NCBI GenBank assembly: GCA_030441535.1
Contig: JAUJFZ010000002.1
Location: 429,652-461,651, forward strand
Source: Betaproteobacteria bacterium LSUCC0117
GTDB lineage: Bacteria; Pseudomonadota; Gammaproteobacteria; Burkholderiales; Burkholderiaceae_C
Length of the DNA stretch: 32,000 nt
Reading direction: 5' to 3'
Shown: positions 1 to 10,212 of the stretch, piece by piece
How positions within the stretch are numbered: the first letter of the stretch is position 1
Layout: each line of letters opens with the position of its first letter
Position numbers and translations under genes: made by a program
The notes under the pieces: generated by a model
What the model was told of the DNA's origin: nothing
Database searches by the model: none
What the model saw: the letters and a program-made list of their open reading frames with translations, nothing else

Positions 1-264
1 ATGGCACAAGCTGAAGAAGTTCGTAAACAAGAACTGGCCGGCGTGATTGCTGACATCAAAGCCAAAATGAAGGAATTCGGCATCTCCCCCGCCGACCTGG
101 GTATTTCGGGTGGTGCGCGCAAGGCCCGTGCGGCGAAAGCGCCGGCGGTCGTCAAATACCGTAATGCAAATGGTGAGACTTGGGCGGGTGGCCTTGGTCG
201 TAAGCCACGCTGGGTGGCTGAGGTCTTGGCCAGCGGTGGTGACATCGAGACGTACCGGGTCTAA
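1..264 (+). CDS. H-NS family nucleoid-associated DNA-binding protein (probably 5'-truncated by the window edge)
   Basis: The C-terminal motif YRNANGETWAGGLGRKPRWV is typical of the H-NS/Bv3F DNA-binding domain, and there is a helical N-terminal part. The ORF starts at base 1, so the Met may be internal. A hairpin terminator follows. Confidence 0.7.
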   Translation: MAQAEEVRKQELAGVIADIKAKMKEFGISPADLGISGGARKARAAKAPAVVKYRNANGETWAGGLGRKPRWVAEVLASGGDIETYRV

Positions 265-288
265 TTGATAGCAGCCCGAAACGACGAT

Positions 289-314
289 AAAGCCGCCTTT
301 GGGCGGCTTTTTTG
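289..314 (+). terminator. Rho-independent terminator after the H-NS-like gene
   Basis: AAAGCCGCC-TTTG-GGCGGCTTT forms a 9-bp stem and runs into a T tract (TTTTTTG), 25 nt after the stop codon. Confidence 0.75.
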
Positions 315-354
315 TGCCTGAAAAGCTTCGGCCGGTTCGGCGACAATAGTCACT

Positions 355-1017
355 ATGACAAACCAGCCCCGTTCTTACGACCTGATTGCCTTCGACTGGG
401 ATGGAACCCTTTACGACTCCACCGCGGCGATCACACTGGCCATTCAACGGTCCGTCGCAGATTTAGGGTATCAAACGCCAACCAGAGAGCAGGCGTCTTA
501 TGTGATTGGCTTGGGCTTGAAGGAAGCGCTCGCCCATGCTGCACCGGATGTCCCGCATGACGCCTATCCCGCGCTGGGGCAACGTTACCGCCACCATTTC
601 GCGCAGGTAATGGGGGAGTTGACCTTGTTTGACGGCGCGCTTACCTTGTTACAGGATTTAAAAGCGGCCGGCTATCGCCTCGCAGTGGCGACGGGCAAGT
701 CACGCAGTGGTTTGAATGAGGTCCTCAGCACCATGGACCTGAAAGGGGTCTTTGACGACTCCCGCACGGCGGATGAAACCGCGGGTAAGCCCAACCCCCA
801 AATGCTGTTTGAGCTCATGGCTGCGGCCCGTGTCTCGCCCGACCGCGTATTAATGGTTGGCGACACCAGTCATGATCTAACGATGGCAAATCGGGCGGGC
901 TGTGCAGCGCTGGGCGTAGCTTATGGCGCACACGACGCGCAGGCGCTGAGGGCCTGTCACCCGCAAGCAGTCGTCGCCAGTGTCACCGAGATGCGGCACT
1001 GGCTGCTGGGGGCCTGA
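355..1017 (+). CDS. HAD-superfamily hydrolase, phosphoglycolate phosphatase-like
   Basis: HAD motif I (FDWDGTLYDS), motif III (GKPNPQM) and motif IV (VGDTSHDLTMANRAG) are present. Length is 220 aa. Confidence 0.75.
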   Translation: MTNQPRSYDLIAFDWDGTLYDSTAAITLAIQRSVADLGYQTPTREQASYVIGLGLKEALAHAAPDVPHDAYPALGQRYRHHFAQVMGELTLFDGALTLLQDLKAAGYRLAVATGKSRSGLNEVLSTMDLKGVFDDSRTADETAGKPNPQMLFELMAAARVSPDRVLMVGDTSHDLTMANRAGCAALGVAYGAHDAQALRACHPQAVVASVTEMRHWLLGA

Positions 1018-1044
1018 AGCCATTGGGCGCTAGAAATAGGGGAT

Positions 1045-1437
1045 GTGATGGTCACGACGCAGCAGACCTTAGGTGATGACTGGCACGCGCTCTGTCGCAG
1101 TACCGACCTTGAAAACGGTGGTTTGGCCGTGCCGTTCGATATCGTTTACCAAGGGCAGACCTGCCGCGCCTTTGCCATTCGTTTTCAGGATGAGGTAAGG
1201 GCCTACGTTAATCGGTGTAGCCACGTCGCGATGGAAATGGACTGGCAACCGAATCGTTTCTTTTCTCAAGATGGACAATGGCTCTTGTGCGCATCGCACG
1301 GCGCTTTACATGCGCCCTTGACCGGCGCTTGTGTCGGTGGGCCTTGTCGGGGTGGGTTGGTTCTGATTCATACCCAGGAAAGGGATGGTGTGATTTGGTG
1401 GCAGGCACAATACAACCTTCAGCCCTTTAATTTTTAA
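1045..1437 (+). CDS. Rieske (2Fe-2S) domain protein
   Basis: CSH...CASH (CxH / CxxH) Rieske cluster ligands are spaced appropriately in about 130 aa. The ATG at 1048 is an alternative start. Confidence 0.75.
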   Translation: MMVTTQQTLGDDWHALCRSTDLENGGLAVPFDIVYQGQTCRAFAIRFQDEVRAYVNRCSHVAMEMDWQPNRFFSQDGQWLLCASHGALHAPLTGACVGGPCRGGLVLIHTQERDGVIWWQAQYNLQPFNF

Positions 1438-1449
1438 AGAACGCCCCCT

Positions 1450-2436
1450 ATGTCGGATACGCAACCAACGCACGCAGATGGCACCGCGCCAACGGACAAA
1501 CCAAGCGACACGCAATGGGAGCGCGACGCCCTCAAGGCGCTGCTAACCGAGCAGGTCAAAGTATCTCGGGCCAATCGCCGCTGGCGTTGGATTCGATTCC
1601 TCTCATTCTTAACTGTGGTTGGCGTCTTCTTTTGGTGGGCCTTTCGGGATGTCGGCCAACCCGCGATGGTCAGTACACCGCACACGGCAGTGGTCACCGT
1701 GTCTGGCGAGATCGCCGCCGACAGTGAAGCGAATGCTGAGGATATCAACCAGTCAATGCGTGCCGCGTTTGAAGACGAGGGCGCACAGGCCGTCGTTTTG
1801 CTGATCAACAGCCCGGGCGGCAGCCCCGTGCAGGCCGGATTGATCAGTGACGAAATGCTTCGTTTGAAAGCGCTTTATAAAAAGCCACTGTATGTGGTGG
1901 TTGAGGAGACCTGTGCCTCAGCTGCCTATTACATCGCTGCGAACGCCGATGACATCTTCGTCGATAAGGCCAGCATTGTGGGCAGCATCGGTGTGTTGAT
2001 GGATGGCTTTGGTTTCACTGAGTTGATGCAAAAGTTGGGCGTCGAACGCCGGTTAATGACCGCTGGCGCAAACAAGGGTTTGTTAGATCCCTTCAGCCCG
2101 GTGTCACCCAAGCAGCAAGCGCATGTGCAGGGTGTGTTGACTGAGATCCACCAACAGTTCATCGGTGTGGTGCGTGCGGGCCGCGGTAAGCGGTTACAAG
2201 AAACCGACGAAACTTTCAGTGGTCTCTATTGGACAGGACAGCAGGCCGTTGAAATGGGCTTGGCCGATCAACTCGGCGGTCTTGACTACGTCGCTCGCGA
2301 GGTCGTGAATGCCCCTGAGGTTATCGACTACACCCGCCGCGAAAATGTAGCCGAGCGGCTGGCCCGCCAATTCGGTGCCGCCGTTGGCGCTGGCGTTATG
2401 CGGGCGCTTGGCGCCAGCGGTTTCAAGTTAAATTAA
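1450..2436 (+). CDS. sppA: Signal peptide peptidase SppA, 36K type (S49 peptidase)
   Basis: It has an N-terminal TM segment ([16 protein letters not shown]). INSPGGS and the ClpP/S49-like core ([13 protein letters not shown]) are present. Length is 328 aa. Confidence 0.8.
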   Translation: MSDTQPTHADGTAPTDKPSDTQWERDALKALLTEQVKVSRANRRWRWIRFLSFLTVVGVFFWWAFRDVGQPAMVSTPHTAVVTVSGEIAADSEANAEDINQSMRAAFEDEGAQAVVLLINSPGGSPVQAGLISDEMLRLKALYKKPLYVVVEETCASAAYYIAANADDIFVDKASIVGSIGVLMDGFGFTELMQKLGVERRLMTAGANKGLLDPFSPVSPKQQAHVQGVLTEIHQQFIGVVRAGRGKRLQETDETFSGLYWTGQQAVEMGLADQLGGLDYVAREVVNAPEVIDYTRRENVAERLARQFGAAVGAGVMRALGASGFKLN

Positions 2437-2462
2437 CCGAAAGACACGGAAGTAAGCCGCCT

Positions 2463-3335
2463 ATGAAGCCCGTTCGTAAAGCCGTTTTCCCCGTTGGGGG
2501 AATGGGCACCCGATTCCTGCCAGCGACCATGGCCATCCCAAAAGAAATGTTGCCAGTGGTCGATAAGCCTCTGATCCAATACGCAGTCGAGGAGGCGTAT
2601 GCTGCCGGTATTCGCGAAATGATTTTTGTCACGGGTCGGCATAAGCGGGCAATCGAAGACCACTTTGACACAGCGTTCGAATTAGAGAGTGCGCTAGAGG
2701 CGAGTCAGAAACATGATTTGTTGGCCATGGTCCACGCCATTAAGCCAGACGACATGACCTGTGTGTATGTGCGACAGCCGCGGCCATTGGGTTTGGGGCA
2801 TGCCGTGTTATGCGCGGAGCCGCTGGTGGGCGACGAGCCTTTCGCGGTTCTATTGGCTGATGATTTGATGTTGGGCCAGCCACCGGTCATGGCACAAATG
2901 GTCGATGCTTACGCCAAAGTCGGGAGTAGCATTTTGGCGGTTCAAGATGTACCTTCGCATGAAACCAAGCGGTATGGCATCGTAGACACCCAGGGTGTGA
3001 GTGGTGACTTGGTCGTGATCAAGGGCCTGGTAGAAAAGCCTGCACCTGAAGTCGCACCCTCAACCTTGGCAGTCGCGGGGCGCTATGTTTTGAATCCATC
3101 GGTGTTCGCGCACATTCGGCAACAATCTGCAGGTGCTGGCGGGGAGTTGCAATTGACTGATGGTATCGCTGGACTGATGCGCGACGAATCGGTTTACGCT
3201 TATCGCTACAACGGGGCACGATACGACTGTGGCACCCAAGCTGGTTTCCTTGAGGCCACTGTTCACCTCGCGCTGAAACGTGTTGATTTGCATGCGGACT
3301 TTAAACAGTACTTGCGTGGCCTTGACCTAGGCTAA
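2463..3335 (+). CDS. galU: UTP--glucose-1-phosphate uridylyltransferase
   Basis: The N-terminus [35 protein letters not shown] is the canonical GalU signature. The VEKP motif is present. Length is 290 aa. Confidence 0.9.
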   Translation: MKPVRKAVFPVGGMGTRFLPATMAIPKEMLPVVDKPLIQYAVEEAYAAGIREMIFVTGRHKRAIEDHFDTAFELESALEASQKHDLLAMVHAIKPDDMTCVYVRQPRPLGLGHAVLCAEPLVGDEPFAVLLADDLMLGQPPVMAQMVDAYAKVGSSILAVQDVPSHETKRYGIVDTQGVSGDLVVIKGLVEKPAPEVAPSTLAVAGRYVLNPSVFAHIRQQSAGAGGELQLTDGIAGLMRDESVYAYRYNGARYDCGTQAGFLEATVHLALKRVDLHADFKQYLRGLDLG

Positions 3336-4267
3336 CCAAATAGTCGCTTGAATAGACTTGATTTTTTGGGTGGCTCGGTCGGGGTTACTTTTTCCGCTGA
3401 AGCGCTCGTTACCAACGTACGTGTGCTCGGTTCAGGGGTCGTTGGCTGTGCCTGTGTGCGCTGCTGCATGAAATGATTCAACACCTGCGAATCGCCTGAC
3501 ACCTTGCTTAAATTCCCAATGCTGATGTTGCGTCGCACTTTGCTGCGCATGTGCGCAAACCCGACGTCAGCGATGCTCTGCGCAAATGCCTTGAAGGTTG
3601 CGCCTTGGTTGTCAGGTAGCTCGCTGAGGTAGTCCTTCTTGAAAAGAAATTTAGCTTCTTTGTAGTTGTAAACGGGTGGACTCAATACGAAGCTGATTGG
3701 GAAGGTTTGTGAGGTGAAGATTTTGCTGATCGAATCGGTCTCATCCACACGGCTTGGGCAAATGACCAACTGCGGTGCCGTGCGAACGGTCGATTCAAAA
3801 ACCCAGTGGAGGTTTGATAAAAAACCAATGGTCGCCGCGACCTCGATCCCAGACATCGAGACAGGCGTTAAGACAATGTCGTAATCAAACAGCCAGTTAC
3901 CGTCTAAGGCATCAGACCATGTGAGGTCAGCGATCACGACATCGGAGCTTTCGGACGCATGGCGAAGGTGCCGGCGTGCCTCCATCGCGGCGCCTTTCCG
4001 CCCTAGGTCGAGCGGCAGCGGATGATGTTGAACCACAACGCCGATTGGTCTGGCTTCTCGCAACCATTCGCTGGACGAGCCGTGCAGGTCAAGGTCCAGC
4101 AGGGTCGTCGTGAGCCCGTGCTGGAGTTTGAAAAACGCAGCCAGGTTTGCTGAGATCGTACTTTTACCGACTCCTCCCTTGCGACTGGTTACCAGTATCT
4201 TGAGAGCGGCCGGGCGCGTTGCCACAGCGCCGATCGGGGGTTCTGATGACTTCGGAATTTCGATCAT
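3332..4267 (-). CDS. Orphan ParA/MinD-family P-loop ATPase with an extended C-terminus
   Basis: It has a deviant Walker A ([10 protein letters not shown]) and a ParA-like core. A roughly 80-aa low-complexity tail ends in [11 protein letters not shown]. No parB-like partner is adjacent. Confidence 0.7.
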   Translation of the reverse strand: MIEIPKSSEPPIGAVATRPAALKILVTSRKGGVGKSTISANLAAFFKLQHGLTTTLLDLDLHGSSSEWLREARPIGVVVQHHPLPLDLGRKGAAMEARRHLRHASESSDVVIADLTWSDALDGNWLFDYDIVLTPVSMSGIEVAATIGFLSNLHWVFESTVRTAPQLVICPSRVDETDSISKIFTSQTFPISFVLSPPVYNYKEAKFLFKKDYLSELPDNQGATFKAFAQSIADVGFAHMRSKVRRNISIGNLSKVSGDSQVLNHFMQQRTQAQPTTPEPSTRTLVTSASAEKVTPTEPPKKSSLFKRLFG

Positions 4268-4350
4268 GGAGGGCGGGGATTGGTTATTCCATGCACATAC
4301 TACCCCGATTTCGCTTGGCGGGCACCTTCGGCTCCCGCCTGCTCTTCTCC

Positions 4351-5286
4351 TTAGTTGGAAAGCGCGAGCCGCATCTTTTTGAGGGCCGCCGCCTCGATTT
4401 GGCGGATTCGCTCGGCACTGACACCAAACTCATCGGCCAGATCATGCAGGGTCATACCGCCTGAGCCGTCGTCATTGACCTTTAACCAACGCTCGGTCAC
4501 GATGCGCTTGGCGCGATCGTCGAGTTGATTTAGCGCCGCGGCAACACCGTCGTGCGCCAAATGGTCGCGCTCGGCTGATTCGATCACGTTGGTCGGCTCG
4601 AATCGCGCATCGCTCAAGTAAGTGATGGGGCCAAAGCTGTCTTCACCGTCAGCGCTGGGGCAGGGGTCTAAAACCACGTCACCGCCGGCGAGACGGGTTT
4701 CCATCTCTAGCACCTCTTCCGGCTTGACGTTCAGGTGGGCCGCAACCACATTGACTTCGTCTGGGTTGAGGGTGGTTCGGTAGGCGCCCGTGTCTTGGTC
4801 GTCGGCTGTTTGCTGGAGCCCTTGTTTCATGGCACGCAGGTTAAAAAACAGCTTGCGTTGGGCTTTGGTCGTGGCGACCTTCACCATGCGCCAGTTCTTC
4901 AAGATGTATTCGTGGATCTCTGCCTTGATCCAGTGCAGGGCGTAACTGACCAGACGAACGCCATGGGCAGGGTCAAATCGACGCACCGCCTTCATCAGGC
5001 CGATATTGCCTTCTTGAATCAAGTCAGCGTGGGGTAAACCGTAGCCTAAATACTGGCGGGACACGGAAACGACCAAGCGCAAGTGGGACATGATGAGTGC
5101 ACCAGCGGCCTCTAGGTCGTTGTTTTCTTTTAGTTTTTTTGCGAAGTTCTGCTCTTGTTCGAGGGTGAGCATGGGAAGCCGGTTAACCGCCCCAATGTAC
5201 GCATCCAAGCTGCCAAGGGGAGGGAGAACCGACCAAGGGTCACGAACCGCCAATGCATTGGCGCTCAAGGGGACCAGTGAAGTCAT
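4351..5286 (-). CDS. rpoH: RNA polymerase sigma-32 (heat-shock sigma factor)
   Basis: The RpoH box (QRKLFFNLR) and region 2 (LIQEGNIGLMKAVRRFD) are present. I chose the start at 5286 (MTSLV...) because an AAGGAG Shine-Dalgarno lies 6 nt upstream. The ORF-track start at 5310 would put that SD inside the gene. Confidence 0.9.
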   Translation of the reverse strand: MTSLVPLSANALAVRDPWSVLPPLGSLDAYIGAVNRLPMLTLEQEQNFAKKLKENNDLEAAGALIMSHLRLVVSVSRQYLGYGLPHADLIQEGNIGLMKAVRRFDPAHGVRLVSYALHWIKAEIHEYILKNWRMVKVATTKAQRKLFFNLRAMKQGLQQTADDQDTGAYRTTLNPDEVNVVAAHLNVKPEEVLEMETRLAGGDVVLDPCPSADGEDSFGPITYLSDARFEPTNVIESAERDHLAHDGVAAALNQLDDRAKRIVTERWLKVNDDGSGGMTLHDLADEFGVSAERIRQIEAAALKKMRLALSN

Positions 5287-5321
5287 AGGGTTTCTCCTTA
5301 CTTTCGTCATGTGAGATTATT

Positions 5322-5348
5322 TTAGCACTCACTGATCGAGAGTGCCAA
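5322..5348. promoter_or_regulatory. CIRCE operator (HrcA binding site) in the rpoH leader
   Basis: TTAGCACTC-N9-GAGTGCCAA differs from the consensus TTAGCACTC-N9-GAGTGCTAA at one position. It lies about 36 nt upstream of the rpoH start, between ftsY and rpoH. Confidence 0.7.
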
Positions 5349-5365
5349 TAGCCCTATTTACCCCC

Positions 5366-6382
5366 TCATTTCTCGCCGAATATCGCCTGTGCAAACTCAG
5401 TGGCGTTGAAGTCGCGCAGGTCATTGAGCGTCTCACCAACGCCGATGAAGTACACCGGAATCGGCCTCTCCATCGCGATAGCGGCCAAAACGCCGCCCTT
5501 AGCGGTCCCGTCTAGTTTGGTCACAATCAGGCCAGTTAACCCGAGGGCGTCATCAAAAGCCTTTACTTGGGCCAATGCGTTTTGCCCTGTGTTGCCATCA
5601 ATCACCAACAGCACTTCGTGGGGCGCCGAGGGTTCGGCCTTTTGCAGCACACGCTTGATTTTCTTGAGCTCCTCCATTAGGTGCCCTTGGGTTGGCAGAC
5701 GCCCCGCCGTGTCGATCAGCACCACGTCCTTTTTCCTGGCAATACCTGCTTTCACCGCATCAAAGCTCACTGCTGCGGGGTCACCGCCATCCTGGCTCAC
5801 GATATCCACTTGGTTTCGCCCGGCCCATACGTCGAGTTGCTCGCGGGCTGCGGCTCTAAAGGTGTCGCCAGCCGCAAGTAAAACGGCCGCGCCCGCGTCA
5901 CTCAGGTGGCGCGTAAGCTTACCAATTGTCGTGGTCTTACCGGCGCCGTTGACACCAGTCATCATGATCACGGTGGGGCTGGCTTGGTCAACCTGTAATG
6001 GCTTTTCTAGCGGCTGAAGGAGTGCCGCGAATGCGTCGGTCACGAAACCACGCACACTGCTGGCTTCGTTGCTACGGGTTTGTTTGACTCGCGCGCGAAG
6101 CTGCTGCATGACGTGCTGTGTTGCTTTGACACCGGCGTCTGACATCAGCAACGCAGATTCAAGTTCTTCGTAAAGGTCCTCATCAATTCGGCCAGCCGTG
6201 AAAACATGGCTCAGCGACTGGCTTGTTTTTCGCAGGCCGTTACGCAATCGCCCCAGCCACTCGGTGCGGTTTTCCGTGGTGGGTTCGGTGTCGGCTGAGC
6301 TAGGAACGTTGTCGACGAGCACTACCGCCTGAGGCGGTGCTGCTGCTGCGGGGCTGTTTTTTTTCTTAAAAAAGCTGAACAT
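5366..6382 (-). CDS. ftsY: Signal recognition particle receptor FtsY
   Basis: SRP-GTPase motifs are present: GVNGAGKTTTIGKL, DTAGRL, TKLDGTAKGG. It has an acidic/Ala-rich N-terminal domain. Length is 338 aa. Confidence 0.9.
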   Translation of the reverse strand: MFSFFKKKNSPAAAAPPQAVVLVDNVPSSADTEPTTENRTEWLGRLRNGLRKTSQSLSHVFTAGRIDEDLYEELESALLMSDAGVKATQHVMQQLRARVKQTRSNEASSVRGFVTDAFAALLQPLEKPLQVDQASPTVIMMTGVNGAGKTTTIGKLTRHLSDAGAAVLLAAGDTFRAAAREQLDVWAGRNQVDIVSQDGGDPAAVSFDAVKAGIARKKDVVLIDTAGRLPTQGHLMEELKKIKRVLQKAEPSAPHEVLLVIDGNTGQNALAQVKAFDDALGLTGLIVTKLDGTAKGGVLAAIAMERPIPVYFIGVGETLNDLRDFNATEFAQAIFGEK

Positions 6383-6409
6383 GGTTATTTTCTACAATAG
6401 CTGCATTCT

Positions 6410-7057
6410 ATGAAACATATCTCACCCCGTCCGCAGCCGGCAGCTGGCAACCCTAAAAAACCGCACCCGCGCGCGGGGGAGGTCCGCATCATCGGTGGAC
6501 GATTCAAGCGCAGCAAGTTGACCGTACCCGTCGCCTCGGGGTTACGGCCCACCGGTGACCGTGTGCGTGAAACGTTGTTCAATTGGTTGGGCCAAGACCT
6601 CTCAGGCTTGAGGTGTTTCGATGCATTCGCAGGCTCCGGTGCGCTGGGGTTTGAGGCGGCTTCCCGCGGTGCCGAAACGGTCTGGATGGTTGAGCGAGAT
6701 CGGGCCGCGTTGCAAGCGCTCACCCAAAATCAGGCCCGTTTGAATGTGCCTGGCGTTCGCATCGTGAGCGGCGACGCCATTGCCCTGTTGTCGGCGCAGC
6801 GCTCGGCCGGCTGGGATGTGGTCTTCCTCGACCCCCCCTTCGGCGACAAAACGATAGAATCAAGCGAAAACCCGCTCTACCAGCAGGCGCTGCAGGCGGC
6901 GCATGGTGCTATTGCCGCAGAGGGGCTGGTTTACCTAGAATCGGCGCAAGCTTGGCCGGAGTCGGTGCTGGCGCAACTGGGCTATCAAATCCATCGCGCC
7001 GGTAAGGCGGGTGCCGTGCGCTTTTATTTACTGGCCCAAGTGCCAAAACTCGACTGA
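6410..7057 (+). CDS. rsmD: 16S rRNA (guanine966-N2)-methyltransferase RsmD
   Basis: The SAM-binding motif DAFAGSGALGFEAASRGA and the catalytic DPPF are present. The position upstream of coaD is conserved. Confidence 0.8.
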   Translation: MKHISPRPQPAAGNPKKPHPRAGEVRIIGGRFKRSKLTVPVASGLRPTGDRVRETLFNWLGQDLSGLRCFDAFAGSGALGFEAASRGAETVWMVERDRAALQALTQNQARLNVPGVRIVSGDAIALLSAQRSAGWDVVFLDPPFGDKTIESSENPLYQQALQAAHGAIAAEGLVYLESAQAWPESVLAQLGYQIHRAGKAGAVRFYLLAQVPKLD

Positions 7058-7068
7058 GGCCGTTACGC

Positions 7069-7536
7069 ATGCGTGTTGTTGTCTACCCCGGAACATTTGA
7101 CCCCGTCACGCTGGGGCACGAGGACGTGCTGAAGCGTGCGGCGCAGCTGTTTGACCGCGTGATCGTGGGCGTTGCGGTAGCCCACCACAAGCAAACCCGA
7201 TTCACTCTGGATGAGCGAATGGCCATGGTCTCTGCTGCCATGGCAGACGTGCCTGGCGCGCAGGTCTTGCCCTTTGAAGGGTTGATCATGGATTTTTGCT
7301 TGCAACACCAAGCGAGTGCGGTGGTTCGAGGTGTACGCAACCATACGGACTATGATTTTGAAGCGCAAATGGCTGCAATGAATCGCAAATTAGCGCCAGC
7401 CGTCGATACGGTCATTCTGTTGCCGCAACCGGACTTGCAATGCATCTCAAGCACGCTGGTTCGGGAGATTTCTAAACTCGGTGGTGATGTATCGGGCATG
7501 GTTAGTCCCGTCGTTGCGCAGGCTTTGAAAGGCTAA
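7069..7536 (+). CDS. coaD: Phosphopantetheine adenylyltransferase
   Basis: The N-terminus VYPGTFDPVTLGHEDV (T/HxGH nucleotidyltransferase motif) and ISSTLVREI near the C-terminus are present. Length is 155 aa. Confidence 0.9.
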   Translation: MRVVVYPGTFDPVTLGHEDVLKRAAQLFDRVIVGVAVAHHKQTRFTLDERMAMVSAAMADVPGAQVLPFEGLIMDFCLQHQASAVVRGVRNHTDYDFEAQMAAMNRKLAPAVDTVILLPQPDLQCISSTLVREISKLGGDVSGMVSPVVAQALKG

Positions 7537-7539
7537 CTG

Positions 7540-7797
7540 ATGGCACTTACCATCACTGACGACTGCATCAACTGTGATGTCTGTGAGCCTGAATGTCCCA
7601 ACCAGGCCATCTACATGGGTGAGCACATCTACGAGATTGACCCCAACAAATGCACCGAGTGTGTGGGGCACTTTGATGAGCCGCAATGTATGGCCTTATG
7701 TCCTGTCGCCTGTATTCCTGTTCACCCCAACTTTATTGAGTCACGTGTACAGCTCTTGGCCAAATACGAGCGCCTGACTGGTAACAAAGTCGACTAG
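7540..7797 (+). CDS. YfhL-type 4Fe-4S dicluster ferredoxin
   Basis: [12 protein letters not shown] and [23 protein letters not shown] cluster motifs are present. Length is 85 aa. Confidence 0.85.
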   Translation: MALTITDDCINCDVCEPECPNQAIYMGEHIYEIDPNKCTECVGHFDEPQCMALCPVACIPVHPNFIESRVQLLAKYERLTGNKVD

Positions 7798-8402
7798 TCT
7801 GCGGCCGGGCGGGGGTTTTTCTCGCGTGGCGGTTTACTGGTGTGAATGATGGCAGTTGCTTTATTGGTCTCCCCCAAAAGTAACAACTCGGCAGCCTTTA
7901 GGCCGCGATCCATCGCCTGCGCGATGCCCGCACGCTCATCCGGGGAAGGCTTTTTCAATACCCAATTGGCGACTTCATTTTTTTGCCCTGGGTGTCCAAT
8001 ACCGAGCCGCAAGCGCCAGTAATTGGGGCTACCCAGTTGCGCGTGGATATCGCGCAACCCGTTGTGTCCTGCGTGGCCGCCTCCCTGCTTGAGTTTGACC
8101 TCGCCTGCAGGCAAGTCCAACTCGTCGTGTGCCACTAAGATTTCCTCAGGTGGAATTTTGAAAAATCGCGCCAGCGTACCGACCGATTTACCACTGAGAT
8201 TCATGAAGGTTTGCGGCTCCAACAACCACACCGTCTCACCCTCAACCGTGCCGCGCGCCAGCAAACCAAAGTAGGTTTTCTCGAAGCGCAGGGTCAAGCG
8301 CCAGCGGTCTGCTAATGCATCAACCCACCAAAAACCCGCATTGTGTCGCGTGTCTGCGTATTCCGAACCTGGGTTACCAAGCCCTACAAATAGTCTGATC
8401 AT
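7794..8402 (-). CDS. pth: Peptidyl-tRNA hydrolase
   Basis: [25 protein letters not shown] matches the canonical Pth N-terminus. The 24-codon N-terminal extension in the ORF track (to 8474) is rejected. Confidence 0.9.
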   Translation of the reverse strand: MIRLFVGLGNPGSEYADTRHNAGFWWVDALADRWRLTLRFEKTYFGLLARGTVEGETVWLLEPQTFMNLSGKSVGTLARFFKIPPEEILVAHDELDLPAGEVKLKQGGGHAGHNGLRDIHAQLGSPNYWRLRLGIGHPGQKNEVANWVLKKPSPDERAGIAQAMDRGLKAAELLLLGETNKATAIIHTSKPPREKNPRPAAD

Positions 8403-8515
8403 GAACTCGAGTTTATCGTTTCGACGGCACCAAAGAAAAAACCCACTCGACAACGTCGAAGTGGGTTTCAGCAAGTCAAAGCCAGTTTTGCTGGCGAATC
8501 AGTTGCGTGCCTTGC

Positions 8516-9112
8516 TTACTCAGCAGCGGCAGCTGGTGCAGCGTCATCAGACACAGCGGGCGCGTTGAATGTCACGACCGTCATGTTCTTCTTGCCGTGC
8601 GTCACAGCCTTGATGCCTTTGGCCAGCTTCAGGTCACCCACGTGGATCGCGGTACCCTTGGTGGCTTCTGACAAATCAACATCAATGTGCTCAGGCAGGT
8701 TCATAGCCAAGCACTCGACTTCCAATTCGTTCATCACGTGGTTCACCACACACTTGTCGATTTTGACGGCGGGTGAGTTTTCTGCGTTGATGAAGTGCAA
8801 AGGAACTTTCTTGTGCAAGCGGGTCTTCTCGTCGACGCGTTGGAAGTCAACGTGCAAAACCAATTGCTTGAAAGGGTGGTACTGAACATCACGCAGCAAA
8901 ACGCTTTCTGTTTTACCGTTGAATTCCATTTCCAGTAAGGAGGCGTGGAAGGCTTCCTTCTGCAATGCAAACCACAGTGCGTTGTGATCCAGCTCAATAG
9001 CGGTTGGCTCGGCTGTACCACCGAAAACGATACCAGGCGTACGGCCTGAGTTACGCAGACGGCGGCTCGCACCCGTTCCCTGCTTAGCGCGCTCAAAAGC
9101 GACGAATTTCAT
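8516..9112 (-). CDS. rplY: 50S ribosomal protein L25 / general stress protein Ctc
   Basis: The N-terminus [27 protein letters not shown] is present. It is the long Ctc form (198 aa) with an Ala-rich tail. The prs-rplY-pth order is conserved. Confidence 0.9.
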   Translation of the reverse strand: MKFVAFERAKQGTGASRRLRNSGRTPGIVFGGTAEPTAIELDHNALWFALQKEAFHASLLEMEFNGKTESVLLRDVQYHPFKQLVLHVDFQRVDEKTRLHKKVPLHFINAENSPAVKIDKCVVNHVMNELEVECLAMNLPEHIDVDLSEATKGTAIHVGDLKLAKGIKAVTHGKKNMTVVTFNAPAVSDDAAPAAAAE

Positions 9113-9237
9113 AACAAACTCCTAAACGAGATACCTCGCGACCAAGGCTATCTCAACAAAAAAAGCCGCCACCGAAGCCCAAAAGCTTCGAGACGACACG
9201 CTTTGAAGCGAACTGAAAAACCAGAATCAACGAGTGA

Positions 9238-10212
9238 TCAGAACAGGTTTTCTTGGTCCGCAAACAAACTCATAACCGACTCTCCGGACGCAATGCGTGC
9301 GATGGTTTCAGCCATCAGCGGTGCAACGGAGACTTGGCGGATCTTGGCACAGGCTTGTGCGGCCTGTGACAGGGGAATGGTGTTGGTGACGACGACCTCA
9401 TCGAGGGCCTCGCCTTTGCTGATCCGGTCAATGGCTGGGCCAGAGAAAATGGCGTGTGTGCAATACGCGTAAACGTTGCGCGCACCACGCTCTTTCAGAA
9501 CCTCAGCCGCTTTAACCAAAGTACCAGCGGTGTCGATCATGTCGTCCATGATCACGCAGTTACGGCCATCGATATCACCAATGACATGCATCACTTCGGA
9601 CACGTTGGCACGGGGACGGCGCTTGTCAATGATGGCCATATCGCAGTCAAGTTGTTTGGCCAGTGCACGTGCACGAACCACACCGCCAACGTCGGGGGAT
9701 ACAACCAGCAGATCTTTGTAGTTTTTGCTGCGCAGGTCACCCAACAGTGCGGGAGAGGCGTAAATGTTGTCGACCGGAATGTCGAAAAAGCCTTGGATCT
9801 GGTCGGCGTGCAGGTCCATGGTCAGCACGCGAGAGACGCCAACCGCTTGCAGCATGTTGGCTACCACCTTCGCGCTGATTGGCACGCGGCTCGAGCGGGG
9901 ACGGCGGTCTTGACGTGCGTAGCCGAAATAGGGGATCACGGCGGCAATACTGGTTGCCGAGGCGCGCTTCAGCGCGTCCACCATGATGATGAGTTCCATC
10001 AGGTTCTCATTGGTCGGCGCGCAAGTCGGCTGAACGATGAAGGCGTGGCGGGCACGCACGTTTTGAGTCACTTCAACGGAGACTTCACCATCGGAAAAAC
10101 GGCCGACATTTATACCGCCGAGGGGGACGTTCAGGTGCTGGGCAATTTCGGAGGCCAACACTGGGTTGGCGTTACCGGTAAAAACCATGAAGTCGTGTCC
10201 GGAAACTTGCAT
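9238..10212 (-). CDS. prs: Ribose-phosphate pyrophosphokinase
   Basis: [18 protein letters not shown], the PRPP-binding loop ([13 protein letters not shown]) and [11 protein letters not shown] are present. The true start may be the internal Met at 10188 (MVFTG...). Confidence 0.9.
   Translation of the reverse strand: MQVSGHDFMVFTGNANPVLASEIAQHLNVPLGGINVGRFSDGEVSVEVTQNVRARHAFIVQPTCAPTNENLMELIIMVDALKRASATSIAAVIPYFGYARQDRRPRSSRVPISAKVVANMLQAVGVSRVLTMDLHADQIQGFFDIPVDNIYASPALLGDLRSKNYKDLLVVSPDVGGVVRARALAKQLDCDMAIIDKRRPRANVSEVMHVIGDIDGRNCVIMDDMIDTAGTLVKAAEVLKERGARNVYAYCTHAIFSGPAIDRISKGEALDEVVVTNTIPLSQAAQACAKIRQVSVAPLMAETIARIASGESVMSLFADQENLF

Noticed and set aside
5400-6017. A 205-aa ORF antisense to ftsY. 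Similar long antisense ORFs include 9454-10227 opposite prs, 11224-11853 opposite lolB, 13671-14240 opposite mutM, 16808-17404 opposite recN and 10465-10968 opposite ispE.
   Set aside because: Long antisense ORFs are expected in high-GC genes. These translations are Ser/Pro/Arg/Ala-rich with no motifs, while the sense-strand genes have unambiguous family signatures.
8403-8474. N-terminal extensions suggested by the ORF track: pth to 8474, hrcA from 19198, nadK to 19250, rpoH to 5310, the TPR protein to 13735, and the lipoprotein from 30930.
   Set aside because: The canonical family N-termini, signal peptides or SD positions support the internal starts. The extensions would also create overlaps between the divergent genes hrcA and nadK.
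9158-9190. A rho-independent terminator downstream of prs on the minus strand: CGAAGC-TTTTGG-GCTTCG, then GTGGCGGC, then T7.
   Set aside because: The hairpin is short (6 bp) and is separated from the T tract by 8 nt. That is too atypical to list as a feature, although some termination or processing role is possible.
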